Translations under genes and position numbers: made by a program
Shown: positions 48,428 to 61,081 of the stretch, in pieces
Layout of the letters: every line of letters begins with the position of its first letter
How positions within the stretch are numbered: position 1 is the stretch's first letter
Assembly (NCBI GenBank): GCA_002269645.1
Contig: NIVC01002121.1
Location: forward strand, 1 to 64,000
DNA length: 64,000 nt
Direction: 5' to 3'
DNA from: Macrostomum lignano
Lineage: Eukaryota
Notes under the pieces: model-generated
Databases searched by the model: none
Seen by the model: only the letters and a program-made list of their open reading frames with translations
Told to the model about the DNA's origin: nothing

Positions 48428-49441
48428 TGTAGAGTGTTCTACCTCCCACAAAAGTAGAATAGAAATTATAGAATAACTACTATAAGTAAGCTAATGCAGG
48501 CATGCGCACCTAAAAGATAAATTCGTGTTACTAATTCTAGCAACCAATCAATCATGCGTGACCTACAATTGTCAAGTTAAACCCTATCTGCGATTCATCA
48601 TTGGCGTGAACTCAGATGAACCCATCAAAGTATCTAAAAATAGCTCAGCTACGGTAATCAATCATGCGCGCTTACACTGGACTAGTTGCTTAACTTTCTA
48701 CCCTGTCATGCTTGACAGCAACCAAAGCGTGACCCCTTGACATTTACGAAAAAGGTGATGAACGACCTCATGAGGGGCCCGTTTCTCTATAAATACAAGC
48801 GGACCAAAGGAGAAGCTCCGAAAGGGTGTCTTTAGGAAGACCAGGCGAACGAAAGACTTGATCAAGTGTTGCGGTAAGCCTTTCTTATTTGCGCCAGTTG
48901 TTGTTGAGACGTCTCGCTCAAGTCTATTCTGTCTTGAGTCTATTTGAGTCTGTGGAGACTCTTGAGTCTGTTTAGACTCCCTTGGCAGTCGTCGTCCGAA
49001 GGACTACCCTAGTAGATCTTAGAGGAGCTACTAGAGATATCCGGAGCATTACCTAGGGTGCATCGAGGCACTGCTAGAAGAAGAAGGCTTAATTGATACC
49101 GCTATTCGGCGCAGGGTACCCATTGTTGATACGAAGCCTTTGATTGGTCCTGACTGCAGACACCGGCCGGAAGTCAATTCATCGGAAGTACAAGAAGAAC
49201 CAGGACAAGAGCAACCTGATCTAACCTGATCAACCTGATCAAGGCGCCTGATCTAAGAGAACAACTAAGAGATCCACAGACGAGATCTACATACGAGAAC
49301 TACCCCAGGAGACATAGGAAGACACTGCTAATCCGGATTAAGGTAATTAAATACCTGCAGTTGATTACTGGGTTGCCTTGCTACTGAGCTAGAAGTGATT
49401 GTTCCTTGATTATCGAAACTCGGGTAATAAGGAACACATCA
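48428..49441 (+). mobile_element. Subtype-C solo LTR
   Basis: Empty site visible in the duplicate at ~61735 (CATTCA GGAG CTCC); flanks AAAG/GGAG (imperfect TSD). Confidence 0.85.
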
Positions 49442-49725
49442 GGAGCTCCTTTATTAAATTTAGTTTCAATAAAAGTTTTAGAACCGATCAAAAAGGCAGT
49501 TCAATTCAAAATTACTTTGATTACCAAAGCTCGTTGCAGAACACAGTTGAAAAAATCACACAGTCTCTCTTTTTTCTCCCTTCCCCAGCCAGTCCGCCAA
49601 CCGCAACCCTTAAAATCATTGCCGTCTGCTCACTTTGAATTTGACACACTTTCTTTAATTTATCCCACTATACACTACATTTTTGTGATATCGTTGTCTT
49701 GAAATTAATGATCGAATTCTTGTTG

Positions 49726-50100
49726 ATGACCTCACCTATCCGAGAATTACGTTTCGGATCAGTATTTCAAAGCTCAAATCTTAACAGATCTGAACAAAAT
49801 TTTGAAATTTCTAACCGTCAAGTAGGCGAACAGCTCCACGAAATAGTTCACCAGTTCCTCATCTGCTTCTATCAGACAACGTTGAATTTAATAACCCACT
49901 TGCGGATCATTTTGAACAAAACCGTACACACTCGCCAGCACCTAGTCCCATTCTAAACGACGCGGACGAGACAATTCAACAACTTGCAAATGCTATTGCT
50001 AACGAACCTACTCTGGAAATGGCTGATCAGGAAGCCGCTCGTCATGTTGATGCTGCAGCCACTAATGCTGTTCGCGAACTCACTGATGTTATGAATCGCA
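49726..50100 (+). pseudogene. Gag-like N-terminus of an unrelated element, truncated by a deletion into a family-G LTR tail (~50100-50279)
   Basis: MTSPIRELRFG / MTTPVRDLRSG (copy at ~62020), helical IQQLANAIANE; no catalytic motif seen. Confidence 0.4.
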
Positions 50101-50353
50101 GCCCGATCCAAGAGATCACACAGAGATCAAAGCGAGATCTACAGAAATTCAAGGAGTACTCCGAAGAAGAAGCAAGTCAAGGTAAGAAGTACCTTTGTCT
50201 GATAACTGGGTTGCCTAGCTACAGAGCTAGAAGTGATTGTTCCTCGATTATCAAAGGACTGGTAATAAGGAACACATCAGGCTAAGGCTTTCTATGCCTA
50301 CGCGATTTTAACTATCCAACTATTACTAATCTGCTACCGTCCGAGGAGTTACT

Positions 50354-50625
50354 ATGGAAGCGCAACTGGAGAGGACGAAGGAAACGGCTGAGCGGTGGTG
50401 GTGGATTTGTCGACGGCTGTGGCAGCTGGAAATTCTATTACAAGACGGCTGGCCACGAGACAAAGCGGGGCAGACGGCGGGGCCTTCAACTGCTGTCACT
50501 GTTCGGGCGGCTGGTCATACCTGTTCGCAAGTGGTGTGAGCGCCGCCTCGAATGGTGGCAGGAACTCCGGCAAGTCGAGGAGATTGTAGCGGGACGACGC
50601 TGGGGTAACTTTATTCTAGTTTAAT
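50354..50625 (+). pseudogene. ORF-Z, small Trp/Arg-rich ORF (1-bp frameshift) of family Y
   Basis: WICRRLWQLEILLQDGWPRD matches LLCRRLWELELLLEDGWPRD at ~53960-54030. Confidence 0.45.
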
Positions 50626-50872
50626 GTAATTGAAGGGGCTAACTGACTGAAGGTAGGGGTAACTTGAATTTAATTTTCCCTTTTTTTGTAATTTTTGTAT
50701 AGCTTTTTGTAGATATGCTAACGATAATTGAATTACTTATTAGTGTACATATATTTATATTGTTGTTGTTGCGATTACCCTTTTTGTGTGTAGATGTTTG
50801 TAAAATACATAATTAAACTAACCTGTTTAACTATTTAAATCAACGCAGGCTGCTTTTGAGAAAAGGGGGAAA

Positions 50873-53419
50873 TATGGGCAAAGTTCTATTTTAGCAAAGC
50901 GAGGAATAGATAGTATTAAAAGTAGTTTTTGTAAAACCGGGAACAAGATGGCTAACAAAATTAGTAGGGCAGAAGCTGTATCACTGAACATCTATTGCCT
51001 TTGGCAATAGGGAGATGGGAGAAAAGTGGAAGTTATTTTGATCTTAATCCATCATGCAAAACGGGAAATGGCTAGGAAAAAATTCCAGGGGAAATTAGTT
51101 GTCAGAGATTGCGAAAAGGTCGCTGGACCGGATGTAGAGTGTTCTACCTTTCGTAAAAAGACATAAAAGTGTTAACGTACTACTCACACATTTTATTTAG
51201 TAGTAAATTGAAGAGCATGAATAAAGGTATGCTTTGAATTATGAGTATATTCTGACTAACCAATAGAAAGAGAGAGACCTTGAGCATGCTAAATTTAGAA
51301 ATCACCCAATCACGTGTAACCTGTACGTGTCGAACGCAAACCCCAGGAAAGATGCATCATTCAACCGTACGCACGTGACCCAATCAAATGTAACTAAAAA
51401 TAACTCGAATGCGATGACCAATCACGCGCTTTTACACTGAACCAATGGAGTAACTTTCTAACCTGCCAAGTTTGACAGCAACCAAACCGTGACCTTTTTG
51501 ACAGCTGAAGAGTTGGACCCACGTGACCTCATGGGGGTCCATTTGCCTATAAATACAAGTGGTCCGGAACGGACCCGGAGCCAAGAATCTCCGAGAGAGA
51601 AAGCTCCGAAGAGGAAGATCTGCAGCAGACTTCCTGAAGCAACTCGAAGACGTGGTCGAGTTCTTGCGGTAAGCCTTACTCATTTGCGCCTGTTGGTTGA
51701 GACGTCTCGCTCAAGTCTAAGAGTTACTTGAGTTTATTGTGAGTCTGTTGAGACTCCTGAGTCTGTTTAGACTCTACTGGTTGCAGTCTCCAGAAGGACT
51801 GCCCCCGATAGATCTTAGAAGACTATCAGTGGTTTCCGGAGCTATACCTAGAGTGCATAAAGGCACTACTAGAAGGAGTAGGCTTATATTAAACCGCAGT
51901 TTGGCGCAGGGATCCCCATTGTTAATTTGGAAGCTTCCTATTGGTCCGAACGACAGATTCCGGCCGGAAATACTTCTAAAGGAGAGAAGAAGGAAACTCG
52001 GACCCGATCGACACCTGAAGACGTCTAGAAGTCTACAAGATCTACTAAGAGATCTACAGTTGAGAACGACTCAAGAACGAAATCTAAGAATCCGGATCAA
52101 AGGTAATTGAAGACCTTCATTTGATTACTGGGTTGCCTAGCTACAGAGCTAGAAGTGATTGTTCCTTGATTACAGTTGAGGACTGGTAATAAGGAACACA
52201 TCACGGAGATGGGATGGCAGGATAAGGCTGGCCTGGACAGTTTGATTACGGAAAAGATTTTCTCGTGGGAGATGAAGTTGAGTGATGGTTTTAATCAAGA
52301 AAGGAGGTCTCTCTGGGAGATTAAGTATGCGCGCGAAGTCTGACTTGGGCAGCTTGTTTAAGATAAGGATTTGTTGGAGGGCACTGAAGTTGATTAAACA
52401 CACAAGAAAATTCCCAAGCATCCTAATCTCTACATCAAAATGATCTATAAAGGACAACCGCCAGAATCAGCAATCCGAAAAAAACTTGTGTGGATAAGGA
52501 TTTGATGGATGGGGCTCATGGGGTTTGCAAACAGTAAGTTTTAGGCTCTAATCAAGAAAATGATGGAAGGCTAGACAAGCGGTCTGCAAAAATAAGCAAA
52601 AAGGTTTTCCGGATGAAGCACGCAGGCTCGGCAAACAGCCAATCTTGGGCTTTAATCAAGGAAGATAATGAATGGTCAGGCAAGCAGCCTGTCTAATAAG
52701 CGAAAAAGTTTTCTGACAGCAACAAATTGGTGGCTCCAGATTTTGATTAATGTTTGCTGTAGTGACTTTGTTTGAATAGCTCGTCAGGTTTTTTACGTTT
52801 TCGTTCTTTCTTTCGGGCGCTTAACGGCGCAGAAAATCTGAGATAAGCCAGTTTTCTAGATGTGGCCACACACTGGGAAAAAACCGAGGAGGAAATCGAA
52901 TAGCTAAGTCACTTTGGAGAGTTTCAAGTTTACTTGAGGAAATCCAGAGTAGACTTTGCTATTCTATGGAAAAGCAGTGAAGAAAGAAGCGTCCAACATT
53001 AAATAAACTTGAACAATTGATGATGCCGCGGTCTTTGAAAAATCGAAGCTTGGAAGCTTGAACAATTGAGGATCCGAATAACTGAATTGAATTTCTGCAT
53101 TGAAGCTCTGAGGCTTGAGAATAAGAACTCGATATCATACGTTCGACGACGTTTCTTGAATTGAGTTGAAATTGTAATTGTTCCGGAACGAAAATGAATT
53201 GACTTTCATGGATCCTTTGAATTTGAAACAACTTGAATCACGTCTCAGTGCACTGTACAAAACTTGGAACCGATTTGAATTCTGAATTTAAATTTGAGAG
53301 CTCGTGATTTACGATTCATTTTTCGAATATGATAACGACAGTCTCGAATGCTCAAATGGGAGGGGAGGAGGAAGCCCCGTGCGGTGGGAAACGCTTCCCC
53401 TCGGCGAGTTCAACCGATA
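50873..53419 (+). repeat. Candidate LTR of family Y (interrupted by solo LTR 51133-52203)
   Basis: Preceded by purine tract GAGAAAAGGGGGAA; non-coding; AATAAA near 53002; ends only weakly inverted (TATGGG...CCGATA). Confidence 0.3.
51133..52203 (+). mobile_element. Subtype-B solo LTR
   Basis: TSD CGGA/CGGA. Confidence 0.9.
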
Positions 53420-53732
53420 TGTAGAGTGTTTGACCTACTAAAGCGCATGGCGGGCGCCTTAGTTATATTATCCCCCTTCAAGCCGCAATTCCGATAGCAT
53501 TAGCACCGACTCCTTCAGGCTCTGCAATGTACTATAATCTTTCATTGTCTTTTGCTCATAGTCTCATTTCTATATCTGTCTCCGTTACAACTACATTGTA
53601 TTGCATTGTACAAACACTATTTCAAAATGAAATAAATTCATAAATTTCAATATGATAAAACTTAAAAACACAAAACAGACAATACAACTGCTTATAGTTC
53701 ATTTTGTATAATTAACATTTTAAACTTCGCAG

Positions 53733-53954
53733 GAGCATTGGGATAAAGCTGATGTCCGCTGGACTTGCACTATCGTGGTCCTGGTGGTGCTGGGGGCACT
53801 GGTGTTACTGTCACTATTGTGCCAGTGCTCGGTCTGCCGACAGTGCTATCGTTGTTTTCGTCGCTGTTGCTGTCGCGCGGGCCCATCAGAAACACCGGCC
53901 GCCGTGGCCGATGCGGAAGCGCCGTCGGTGGAGTCGGTAGAAGCGGCCGTGTGA
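53733..53954 (+). CDS. Putative exon encoding a small single-pass membrane protein with a Cys/Arg-rich juxtamembrane tail
   Basis: AT-rich intron-like stretch ending TTCGCAG, then EHWDKADVRWTCTIVVLVVLGALVLLSLLCQCSVCRQCYRCFRRCCCRAG...; no ATG, so absent from the ORF track. Confidence 0.45.
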   Translation, partial: EHWDKADVRWTCTIVVLVVLGALVLLSLLCQCSVCRQCYRCFRRCCCRAGPSETPAAVADAEAPSVESVEAAV

Positions 53955-54057
53955 GCGCCCTGGCTGCTTTGCCGGCGGCTATGGGAGCTCGAGTTGCTGC
54001 TGGAGGACGGCTGGCCCCGTGACACGAAGCGGGGTACACGGCGGGGTTCTCGGCTCC

Positions 54058-56735
54058 GCATCAACAACCGGACGACTGGATCATCTACCTGCAATCCGTA
54101 ACAATGGCCTACAACAGCGCTATTCATCGATCAACGGACAACACGCCATTCTTCCTAATGTTTGGACGAGACTTCCAGCCGCCAAATTTGCTCGCACAGC
54201 AATTACTACCATCGCAGTACGTGGAAGTACCGACTTCCATTCAAAAATTCGTCACGCAACTACACCTTGCATGGAAGATCGCCAAGCACAATATTGACAA
54301 CCAGGTGGCTCTGACCACCGGCAACGACGCGAGATCGACAACCCTGATGGCCAGCGATATCGTCTACCTACACAACCCGCCACAACAGACGCATAAACAT
54401 GCACAGAAGTACAAAGGACCCTATCGAGTGGTCCAACTAACGTCACCAACAACGGTACGCCTGGCTAATGTACAAGATCCACATCAGTACCAGTTCTACG
54501 TACACATTCATCGACTAAAGAAGATCAACACTGACACAGCGACGTTTCTACCGACACTAGACAACGCTGATCGCACGCGATCAACGAACCGCCACATCGC
54601 GACGAAGCACGAGGAGACTCAAACGACAGACGTGAGCCAGCCGCACGGCTACAACCTACGACCACGCTAAGGTTTCGAGAAGCTATGAGCTATGAGTATC
54701 GAACGACGGCTGAAGTTTTGGCCAGTACCTCGCTTCGTTCAGCGGTCGCGACGACAACTACTATTATACGCTCATAGAAATCAAGGATTTTTGCGTCATA
54801 TGTCACCCTTGGAGATTGAGCGACATTTACGGCAGATTTTGCATGACTATGAAACATTTCACTGGACACTACACGTATACTGCCACGCGCTTAAACGATT
54901 ACTTCTCTCACGAAGCTATTTTATTTGGCTTTTTAGGTCTCACCAGTAGAACATATGCTTGTTACGCATCTTAAATAATCCTCAATCGCTCTAACTATAC
55001 CTATACCTATCGCCCACAGATGGCCGAGATGGATACCTGTCCTTGCTGCCTCGAGGCACGGGAGCCGAGGCTCCCGACTTGTGAATGGGGGCACCAGGTG
55101 TGCTTCCCCTGCGACGAACGGGCTCGAGCAATTGGCGAGGTGACGATTCTTTCCGCCTGCCCGGTTTGTCGCAGGCCGCGGGTCCAATGCGCCCTCTGCG
55201 GTGACCAGCCCAATGTACGAATCTGTCCAAATCGGCATTGGGTGTGTTTCAGCTGCCTTCAGCGGTACGGGGCACGTGATATCATGACGTGCACCTTGTG
55301 CCTGGCTCCGCTGTCCAACACGGCGTCTGTGCTATTGGCGCCGATGCTCGCTGTCCCAGAGCTGACGTTGGCGGAGCCGGATGCGCTAACCCTGGAGCAG
55401 CTGGCCGTCGCCGTACGAACGTGGCCTGGCCATGGCCGCTTCAGCATCAGGCCGACTGGCGAATGCTGCTCAACATCGCCAGGACTATGGTGCGTACAGT
55501 AGAACCACTTACGACCATAGAGGCCTATCTGCTTTTGCTGGAGCGGACCGAGGATCCGCGATTCACTAAGTTTCAGTCGCTGTACAGGGCAGTGGCATCC
55601 CTGGTGTCGCGAACCGCACATCAGGTGAGCAGCCTGCTCAGGACAAACTTCGGCTGAATGCCTCAGCAGCAACGCGAGGACAACAGGTATCCCCGGCAGA
55701 TGGAGTAACAGACAGTAACGGGGCATAGACTTAACAGTACTAACCCTTATTAACACACAATTTAAGCTACGAGTAAATATATAAATGGTCTTACGTGTAA
55801 AGTGTACAATAATTCACCAAACCGATTTTCTTATTTCATTGTTAAAACTCGGGACGAGTTTTTCGTAAAAAAGGGAGTTTTTGTAGAGTGTTCTACCTCC
55901 CGTTAAAAAGGTAAAAAGAAGATAATCGTATAATGCTACTATAAGTAAGTAAGTACACGCATGTGCGCCTAAGCTTTGAATGAATCACGCTACCAGGAAA
56001 AGATGTTACCAAAATGATACGCCATGAGCCATTTTCCCCTTTTAGCGCAACACGTGGATGGTAATAATGCTATTTTGGATCAAAAAGTTGCCTATAAATA
56101 CAAGCGGTCCGAAGCGGACCAGGAGCCAACTCCCGACGAGAGGAGAAGCTCCGAAGAGGAAGCCTTAGGAGGACTTCCTGATCACCAAGTCAATCGAGAC
56201 TCGGTCGAGTTGTTGCGGTAAGCTTTCCTTATTTGCGCCTGTTGTGTTAGAGACGTCTCGCTCAAGTCTATTGAGACTTGAGTCTATTTGAGTCTGTTGA
56301 GACTTTTGAGTCTGTTTAGACTCCATTGGTTGCAGTCTCCAGAAGGACTGCCCCTGATAGATCTTAGAGGACTATCAGTGGTTTCCGGAGCCATACCTAG
56401 AGTGCAGAGAGGCACTACTAGAAGAAGAAGGCTTAATTCAGACCGCAGTTCGGCGCAGGGTACCCATTGTTAATTCGGAAGCTTCCCATTGGTCCGAGCG
56501 TTAGAATCCGGCCGGAAATACTAGAAGAAGAAACGAAGATTCGGACCCGATCTACAATCGAAAGTCAACTTGTCTATTGAAGACCACGAGATCTACACGA
56601 GAACAACAACGAAGAGATATCTCCAAGGACTCAAGGTAATTGAATACCTTCTGTTGACTTACTGGGTTGCCTAGCTACTGAGCTAGAAGTGATTGTTCCT
56701 TGATTATCGAAAGTCGGGTAATAAGGATCACATCA
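54058..56735 (+). mobile_element. Family-G 3' remnant: IN tail, deleted pseudoknot/RING-A N-terminus, RING-B with 5-bp duplication, LTR A (55882-56735)
   Basis: Collinear with copy 1 apart from a deletion at ~54680. Confidence 0.9.
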
Positions 56736-59583
56736 GAGACTTCCAGCCGCCAAACCTATTGGCACAGCAACTACTACCATCGCAGTACGTGGAAGTACCG
56801 ACTTCCATTCAAAAATTCGTCACGCAACTACACCTCGCATGGAAGATCGCCAAGCACAATATTGACAACCAGGTGGCTCTGACCACCGGCAACGACGCGA
56901 TATCAACAACCCTGACGGCCGGTGATATCGTCTACCTACACTACCCGCCACAGCAGACGCACAAACATGCACAGAAGTACAAAGGACCCTATCGAGTGGT
57001 CCAACTAACGTCACCAACAACGGTACGCCTGGCTAATGTACAAGATCCACATCAGTACCAGTTCTACGTACACATTCATCGACTAAAGAAGATCAACACT
57101 GACACAGCGACGTTTCTACCGACACTAGACAACGCTGATCGCACGCGTTCAACGAACCGCCACATCGCGACGAAGCACGAGGGGACTCAAACGACAGACG
57201 TGAGCCAGCCGCACGGCTACAACCTACGAACACGCTAAAGTTTCGAGAACAAACCCGTGTAGAGACCGGGTCAGAATAGCTCTACAGCTTCGCAAGCTTG
57301 TCGTAAGAGGCGACTAATCCGAGCGACTCCACAAGCGAACTCTACAATCGACTTCATAACTGCAACTGACGCTTGGCTAACGACTATGGGCAATGCACAG
57401 TCTAGACTGGTGACCCAGCCAAGGCAACTCTATGAATGCCCTGTCTGTTTGGAAGATGACCTGCATATAAAACCACCAACCATTTGTATAAATAATCATC
57501 GCATATGCGGAACGTGCTTGTGTGACGCGCATCATATCCAACCCTGCCAAAGCTGCCCCCTATGTAGTACACCTTTTCACGTTCAATTTTGAACAAAGTC
57601 CAGTTCTAAAAAAACTAGCGGAAATTCAATTCAGACAATTCCGACTGGGGACAGTTTTGTCTATGGCTAAACCTCGCTTCCGTAGCAGAATGTTTTGAAC
57701 TGGGGTTTGTTGCCCCAGTCTGAATTGTCTGAATTGAATTTCCGCTAGTTTTTTTAGAACTGGACTTTGTTCAAAATTGAACGTGAAAAGGTGTAGTCTG
57801 ACGCAGTGCGCCTATTGTTACTCGTGGCGCTCCCCGTACCAAATCTGCCCCGGTACCAAATCTGTGCAAGTCGGCACTGGGCCTGTGCCGGCTGTCTTCA
57901 TAGGTACGGTGCGCGAGATATCCAAACGTGCACCGTGTGTCTGGAGGCGGTGATGCATTCCACGGCACTGCTGCTGGCTACTATGGCGGTAGTGCCGGAG
58001 TTGTCGCTCACCGAACCGGACCTCCTAACCTTGGAGCAGCTGGCGATCGCCGTGCGGTCATGGCCGTAACCGCTCCAGCATCAGGCGGCGTGGCGGCATC
58101 TGCTTGGCATAGCTAGAGACCTGGCGAGACATCAACCCGGTCTCACCGCCATCGACGCCTACTTGAAGCTGCTGGAGCGGACGGAGGACACTCGCTTCGT
58201 ACGGTTTCAGCCGTTGTACTGGGCAGTGGCGTGCCTAGCTGTGCGAACCGAACAGCAGATCGGCACCCTGCTCCAGATAAGCTTCGGCTGAACGTCTCGG
58301 CGGCGCATTCGGCAGGCAGGCGTATGTGAACGGACGGCCAGATGCATTTTACTGGACATAACTGTAGATAGATACGGATAGTATTAAGCCTTACTAACAA
58401 GTACATACTGTACAGTTCGCAGATTTAAAAAATATATATACTCCCTGAACAAATATTTCAAGATACCTGAAACTTTTACCTCGAAAGCCTTCTTATGTGT
58501 AAAACTCGGGACGAGTTTTTTGTAAACATGGGAGATTTTGTAGAGTGTTCTACCTCCCGTAAAGAAGACATAAAAGTGTTAATGTACTACTCACACATTT
58601 TATTTAGTAGTAAATTGAAGAGCATGAATAAAGGTATGCTTTGAACTATGCGTAGATTCTGACTAACCAATAGGAAAAGAGAGACCTCGAGCATGCTAAA
58701 TTTAGAAATCACCCAATCACGTGTAACCTGCACTTGTCAAACTCAAACCCCAGGAGAAATGCATCATTCAACCGTACGCACGTGAACCAATCAAATGTAA
58801 CTAAAAATAACTCGAAAGCGATAACCAATCACGCGTTTTTACACTAAACCAATGGAGTAACTTTCTAACCTGCCATGTTTGACAGCAACCAAACCGTGAC
58901 CTTTTTGATAGTTGAAGAGTTGGACCCACGTGACATTGTGAGGGTCCATTTGCCTATAAATACAAGTGGTCCGGAACGGACCCGGAGCCACAATTCCTCC
59001 GGAAGGAGAAGAGCTCCGAAGAGGAAGCCACAGTCGGACTTCCAGGACCAAAACTCGGTCGGTTGTTGCGGTAAGCCTTCCTTATTTGCGCCCGTTGTGT
59101 TAGAGACGTCTCGCTCAAGTATAGTGGAACTTAAGTTTATTTGAGTCTGTTGAGACTCTTGAGTCTGTTTGGACTCCACTGGTTGCAGTCTCCAGAAGGA
59201 CTGCCCCTGATAGATCTTAGGAGATTATCAGTGGTTTCCGGAGCTATACCTAGAGTGCATAGAGGCACTGCTAGAAGAAGGAGGCTTAATTAAGACCGCA
59301 GATTGGCGCAGGGATCCCATTGTTAATTCGGAAGCTTCCAATTGGTCCGAGCAACAGAATCCGGCCGGAACTATTTGAAGAAGGAAAGAAGACTCGGACC
59401 CGAACTACGAACGACAGTCACAAGAGACTACAGACGAGATCTACCCGAGATCGACATTGAAGAGACACTTCATAAGGACTCAAGGTAATTGAATACCTTC
59501 TGTTGGCTTACTGGGTTGCCTAGCTACTGAGCTAGAAGTGATTGTTCCTTGATTATCGAAGTCGGGTAATAAGGAACACATCA
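56736..59583 (+). mobile_element. Family-G 3' remnant: IN tail, pseudoknot, RING-A/RING-B deletion fusion, LTR (58539-59583, B-type U3)
   Basis: Starts at FGRDFQPP codons directly after an LTR end. Confidence 0.9.
57570..57793. mobile_element. MITE, 224 bp, Tc1/mariner-type
   Basis: 72-bp perfect TIRs (CACCTTTTCACG.../...CGTGAAAAGGTG), TA on both sides, inserted in RING-A. Confidence 0.9.
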
Positions 59584-59853
59584 TCAGGCATAGTTCAGAA
59601 TTCCCCTAACTAACCAATTAACACGCTTCCAACACTGCCCCCAACTCCTTCCCGACGATATCATCCTCTGCATTATCCTACTGGCACTCTTTGCACTATT
59701 ACAAATTCTACAGAATTTAGCATCATTTGGTTAATCATTTCTTCAGCGTCATCGAAACTACTTGCAGGACCGACACTCCGCACATCCAGCTTTTGATGTC
59801 TCGGAAACTTCATAATACAGTAAATACTTTTAATCGTTTACTCTAATTTAAAC

Positions 59854-61081
59854 ATGAACATATTCAGGCAAATGCGCATCGACATCCAGGGCCTTACTGC
59901 TTTTGATGATACTCCGTTATTCAACTACCTGTGTGAAACGTACTATTGCCCACATCGTCGTAATTTCATTTATTATCACCCCTCCTATCTTTCGCCCTTC
60001 CCGTTTCCTCGCACTGTTAAGCCTGCTATTCCTGATTCCCTACTTTATGATCTCTTCAATTGTGACGGACGCTTCGATCTCGTAGCCGACTTCACCTTCA
60101 CCATTGCTGAGTTCTACCTGAAGCACGATTCCTACAGCAGCCAATGCTACATCCCGGGACAGATAGACAATATTCTATTCCACCTCGAGGGCCTCCATAC
60201 CCCACCCCTGCGAGGAACCTTTAAGTCTGCTATCGTCGAGCTAGCCATCCACCGCCAGGAGTTCGAGGTGCTCTTCCGCACCCTGCGTTGTGTCAATTTC
60301 CACACCGCCAATCCTCTCAACTACGAATATCTCCGCCGAGTGTACCGTAACAAACTCGATGACATGGAATGTGAACGATATGATCAATTGCTCCAGAGCT
60401 TTGTTCCCCCCGTTTCCGACTCACCCTCGAGCCTGTTTAACCTTGCCTTACACCAACTCCGCCACCACTTCTGGTCGACCACTTCGGGGCAGATAGAATA
60501 TGCTATTCCACCTCGAGGGCCTCCATATCCCACCCCTGCGAGGAGCCTTTAAGTCCGTAATCGTCGAATTAGCCATTCAACGCCAGTACTTCGAGGTACT
60601 CTTCCGCACTCTGCGTTGCGTCGATTTTCACACCGCCGGTCCTCTTACCTACAAATATCTCCGCCAAATATACTGTCACAAAATTAATGACTCGGAGTGT
60701 GAACGCTACGACCAATTGCTCCAGAGCTTTGTTTCCCCCGTTTCCGACTCACCCTCGAGCCTGTTTAACCTTGCCTCACACCAACTCCGCCACCACTTCT
60801 GGTCGCACTTCTGGACGCGCCATCGCGGCAGTCCTAGGGGTCAGGCCATTGAAGCCTACTTCCTCACCCTTCCCCGGTTTCATCGGGAACACATTGTTGG
60901 TCACCCTGAGTTCGTCGACGACCCCTGTTTTGACGTCAGCGATTCCCCTTGCCCCAATCTCGAAGGCAAATCACTCGTGTCGCGGAAAACGGTTCACCCC
61001 GCGACTACCGCTGGCAGGTCGAACGCTTGGATTGCCTCCGCATACGGTGGTCGCCTTAATTACCTTATTCCCTCCCCCTAA
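59854..61081 (+). pseudogene. ORF-X second copy with an internal ~330-bp diverged tandem duplication
   Basis: ORFs 59854-60552 and 60500-61081 repeat the LFHLEGLH...HQLRHHFWS block. Confidence 0.55.

Noticed and set aside
53420-53436. TGTAGAGTGTT identical to the family-G LTR start
   Set aside because: Only 11 bp match before family-Y sequence resumes; cannot distinguish a deleted LTR stub from chance.
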